Below the pieces are notes generated by a model. That model had not been told where the DNA came from. It saw only the letters and a list, made by a program, of their open reading frames with translations, and made no database searches. Positions 16,900 to 20,000 of a stretch of DNA of 20,000 nt are shown one piece after another (positions within the stretch are counted from its first letter, which is position 1; each line of letters begins with the position of its first letter). This stretch comes from an uncultured virus (IMG/VR IMGVR_UViG_3300036760_000336) (lineage: Duplodnaviria > Heunggongvirae > Uroviricota > Caudoviricetes), in IMG/VR virus record IMGVR_UViG_3300036760_000336, positions 56,166 to 76,165 of that record. The stretch is one strand, 5' to 3'. Position numbers and translations under genes: made by a program.

Positions 16900-17829
16900 T
16901 TAACCAGTATATATATCTTTTAGATGATCAAATATTTCAAATTGGAGATTTGGATTGAATGTAAGAATTCCAAATGTAACATTGCTCGGTGATCCAATAA
17001 AATAATGACATCGTGACAGGTTTATTGTATCAGTAAGAACATAAACATATTCATCCAAAAGAGATTCGGTTTTAATCCAACCTTTTCTAAATCCTCCATC
17101 TGTAATTGAAGATATACTACTTCCATCCAAATATGATGAGGTTTTTCGTGTCCAATCTTCGAGACCAAAAGTTCTTTGATGGTTGACATAAATTAACTTA
17201 TCCTGAAACTTGATTTTGCAAAGTTCCAAAAACCCATGTTGATCACAACCTAAATATATCTGTTCAAATCCCCCACTTTCAAATGTTCGTTCTATTTGGT
17301 TAAGACACATTTCATGATATTGTTCATTCGAAAGTCGGGCAGAAAGCGGTAAGTTTAATTCGGAGTTCTGGAAATAATGAAGAATAAATCTATACTGAAC
17401 CCCAAGAGTTTTCTTTGAGAAATCGGCAAAGGATATTATATTCGGTTTAAGAGTTAAATACTTCGCATAAGCATTGTAAAGAACGGCTCTCAATTTTCCA
17501 AACTTGGGGTTTAAATATATTTTTCCACCGCAATAGAACCATCCCTTATATTCGTCATACATGTCTCCAACAATTTGTTGTCTCAACTGGTCAACTCTAT
17601 TTATCCTAAATGATGAACCTTGATAATATCCATCATTGTTTTTGTCAGAAGGTTCAAATTTGTATTTTTGATTAAATAACTCCTCAAATATGTTTATACC
17701 ATCTCTGTCCCATCCGTTCCACAGAATATAAATCGGTTCTCCGCTGAGTTCGGAATACCAGCACCAATCAATAACAGCGTTGAAATTACTGAAAAATCCT
17801 GCCAGAGGTCTGTTTTTGATGATAATCAT
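16900..17829 (-). CDS. NodZ/O-fucosyltransferase-like GT-B glycosyltransferase
   Basis: AGFFSNF, LGVQYR (cf. GVHxR), IYLGCD (cf. IFLATD) and DTINLSRCHYFIGSPSNV; ATGA-coupled start. Confidence 0.7.
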   Translation of the reverse strand: MIIIKNRPLAGFFSNFNAVIDWCWYSELSGEPIYILWNGWDRDGINIFEELFNQKYKFEPSDKNNDGYYQGSSFRINRVDQLRQQIVGDMYDEYKGWFYCGGKIYLNPKFGKLRAVLYNAYAKYLTLKPNIISFADFSKKTLGVQYRFILHYFQNSELNLPLSARLSNEQYHEMCLNQIERTFESGGFEQIYLGCDQHGFLELCKIKFQDKLIYVNHQRTFGLEDWTRKTSSYLDGSSISSITDGGFRKGWIKTESLLDEYVYVLTDTINLSRCHYFIGSPSNVTFGILTFNPNLQFEIFDHLKDIYTG

Positions 17830-18635
17830 ACTTTTATTGAAATCCAGTCTGAGGGGAACCACGATCCATTTATAAAGTCAAATTCTCCTGGCCCAACATA
17901 CTGATATGGACATACTACTATTTTGTCAGGATTAGGATTGAGATATGCTCCCCACCAGCCGAATGTACTATTTGCTATGATATTATGATTACACATGGAC
18001 ATTATACACATGTCAACATAGTTAGAGTTATTTTCACTATAAACAACATTATCTCCTGTTATGTTTTCTTTACACCACGGGATGTCATCCGAGAAAACTA
18101 TAATAGTAAATTGTGGAACCTTCGTTTGAATAATGTTAAATGCATCTTGATAATAATTCAAATCAAGATTGAGAGAAGATACTTGTAAATAATCTGTGCG
18201 TCTGAAATGCATAGATACGAATGGAGGCTTGATGGATTGTAAAAAAGAGGAGGCTTTCTCTACTATTTCTTTTTTGAACCGATATTCTTTACATATGTCT
18301 GATCTATATTCATCCCAATATTTGTACACATGGAAACACCCCATAATATCCCAGTTGAGAGACGGATCTATGGAATAAACATCTAAATCTACTACTTGAT
18401 TTTTCAAATAATATCTGCAAAACTGGACTCCTTGTAGTTCTGACAAGGATACCAACTTTCCGGTTAAGTTAAATGGCTCGAATATTTTTATCCCACGATG
18501 GACATTCATCAATTCTCGAAAAAACACGATATCATGCCCCATTTTTTTGGATAATGCATAGAGACCGGCATATTGACTCATTTGCGAACCCATTTGTGGT
18601 CCCATAGACAAATCAGTTTTGGTTAGAAAGCTCAT
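17826..18635 (-). CDS. GT11 alpha-1,2-fucosyltransferase-like protein
   Basis: MGSQMSQYA, MHFRRTDY, FSDDIPWC and MSMCNHNIIANSTFGWWGAYL motifs. Confidence 0.9.
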   Translation of the reverse strand: MSFLTKTDLSMGPQMGSQMSQYAGLYALSKKMGHDIVFFRELMNVHRGIKIFEPFNLTGKLVSLSELQGVQFCRYYLKNQVVDLDVYSIDPSLNWDIMGCFHVYKYWDEYRSDICKEYRFKKEIVEKASSFLQSIKPPFVSMHFRRTDYLQVSSLNLDLNYYQDAFNIIQTKVPQFTIIVFSDDIPWCKENITGDNVVYSENNSNYVDMCIMSMCNHNIIANSTFGWWGAYLNPNPDKIVVCPYQYVGPGEFDFINGSWFPSDWISIKV

Positions 18636-18636
18636 C

Positions 18637-18807
18637 TTATTTCCACTTGTTTAAATAATCTACCGCTTTTAGAATTGTAGAAATATTTTCTCCAAATAAA
18701 CCAATCGCTTGATTACATTTTTGGCATAATAACTGTTTTACTTTTCTTGTCGTATGGTTGTGATCATCCATATATCTTTTTTGTTGTTCTTTATCTTTGT
18801 ATGCCAT
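18637..18807 (-). pseudogene. Internally deleted endonuclease VII-type (HNH-like) nuclease remnant (absent from the ORF track)
   Basis: Manual translation gives MAYKDKEQQKRYMDDHNHTTRKVKQLLCQKCNQAIGLFGENISTILKAVDYLNKWK* (56 aa). It matches the EndoVII C-terminal pattern DHxHxTGxVRGLLCxxCNxxxG...AxxYL but lacks the first CxxC. Confidence 0.75.
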
Positions 18808-18813
18808 ATTATT

Positions 18814-20000
18814 TTATAAAAGATCTTCCAAATAGCGACTGAAAAACTTGTCGTTATCCATCCATAAATCGTCAGCAAGTTTGTAGTTTTTTTCGATGAC
18901 TCCAATTCTTTTAGTATAATCATCGGGAGTAAGTGTAGTAACAATATTTAGTAACTCTTCTGGAGTATTGAATGTGATGATTCCATCCATATCAAAGAAA
19001 TCAGAAATATTCGGGCATCCCCAATAAATCGGAATGGTTCCCGTCAAAAAGCAGTCAAGGATTTTTTCACTATAGTAATTCGGATATATTCCATTTTCCA
19101 TTGAAACTGAAAATCGGTATTCTTTCAATGCTTCAATTTTTCCTGCTATCTCACGAATACCAACCCCAAACAAATCTATGTGAGCGCCTTTGGAGAGGAG
19201 ATATTCCACACATTTTAGACGAAATTGGTGTCCTTCCGAGAAAGTTTTGGCAGAAGTGATGAAAGATATGTTCTTCGATTTAGGATACACCTTCATCAAA
19301 GAGTTATCTTGTAAAATAGGATATGTTTGCTTGTGGATATTCTTGTTTAGAACCACTTCGTAAGCACTATTACGATGTACAGCATTTGGTAGATGTAATA
19401 AATCTTTGCTGCAAGTTATTATCCTATCAAATTTGTCGGCGGAAGTTAGTACTCTTTGATATACTTTACTCTGTTCGAAGAGATAAGGAGGTTCATGAAC
19501 ATCTGCTACAATTTTTCCGTGTGGAATCTTGTAAGTTCCGTCTAAATACTTCAAAATTTCATCGTCTTGAAACAATGTAATATCGAATTCTCCCCAGGTT
19601 CTCTTATAAACGAAAGAAAATTTGGTGGGAATGCTATTTCTTTCTTTATAATCCCCGAACATATTGATTTGAGGCAATTTTACACCACGTTCCAATTCTT
19701 CACGACTCTTTACTCGAATATAGATTTTTTTGACACGAATTTCTTCTTCATAGATTGTATTTTTGCTATCTTCACGTTCCCTGGTTCGAAGATTGTTCTG
19801 TTTGGAATTATTATAGACATATGTTGGAAAAGTTATCACTCCAATTTTTTCTATGGGAGTCATTTCCAGCATAGGATACATCAATGATAAATCGTGGGCA
19901 TGCCAATACAATTTTTTGTCTATGTTAGAAATTAAATCTACCGGATCTATCTTGTCATACAAAAACTTGCGGAAAGTTCTCATGTGGGATGCTCTCCACA
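18814..20000 (-). CDS. Fusion glycosyltransferase: GT2-like part (truncated by the window) plus C-terminal GT10 fucosyltransferase-like domain
   Basis: The frame is open to the window edge (WRASHMRTF). SHxRTF...DxxxxxPMLEM...YVYN resembles a GT2 C-terminal part, and YRFSVSMEN...YYSEKILDCFLTGTIPIYWG is the GT10 signature. Confidence 0.8.
   Translation of the reverse strand, partial: WRASHMRTFRKFLYDKIDPVDLISNIDKKLYWHAHDLSLMYPMLEMTPIEKIGVITFPTYVYNNSKQNNLRTREREDSKNTIYEEEIRVKKIYIRVKSREELERGVKLPQINMFGDYKERNSIPTKFSFVYKRTWGEFDITLFQDDEILKYLDGTYKIPHGKIVADVHEPPYLFEQSKVYQRVLTSADKFDRIITCSKDLLHLPNAVHRNSAYEVVLNKNIHKQTYPILQDNSLMKVYPKSKNISFITSAKTFSEGHQFRLKCVEYLLSKGAHIDLFGVGIREIAGKIEALKEYRFSVSMENGIYPNYYSEKILDCFLTGTIPIYWGCPNISDFFDMDGIITFNTPEELLNIVTTLTPDDYTKRIGVIEKNYKLADDLWMDNDKFFSRYLEDLL

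Noticed and set aside
8332..19887. Short antisense or out-of-frame ORFs within the kinase and glycan genes (e.g. 8332..8736, 12401..12640, 15984..16190, 18738..18944, 19567..19887)
   Set aside because: They are nested in motif-supported CDSs. The gap near 18.7 kb is better explained by the 18637..18807 EndoVII remnant.
1..20000. CRISPR array, tRNA/rRNA genes, IS elements or stop-codon reassignment
   Set aside because: No regularly spaced repeats beyond the two-copy promoter, no cloverleaf and no transposase were seen by eye. Conserved genes are uninterrupted under the standard code.

Overview
AT-rich (roughly one-third GC by eye), gene-dense segment read with the standard code. It is most likely from a large T4-like or jumbo bacteriophage, based on a gp62-like clamp-loader small subunit, a gp1-like dNMP kinase, an endonuclease VII remnant, an orphan adenine methyltransferase and many small hypothetical ORFs. 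The left half (+ strand) holds a probable internal head protein, then an operon running from a MoxR/CbbQ-type AAA+ ATPase to a HExxH-VWA protein with a D12-type methylase in between. Small early-type genes behind sigma70-like promoters and replication genes follow. The right half (- strand, 9.3-20 kb) is a translationally coupled glycan cluster: a GT2-GT10 fusion, GT11, a NodZ-like transferase, RfbH/DdhC 3-dehydrase, two SAM methyltransferases, an RmlB-type 4,6-dehydratase, a minimal split transketolase, an SDR reductase/epimerase, GT2 and a DUF1360-like membrane protein. Together these suggest synthesis and transfer of an unusual, possibly C-branched and O-methylated, 3,6-dideoxy sugar. All calls come from motif recognition only; no database searches were run.
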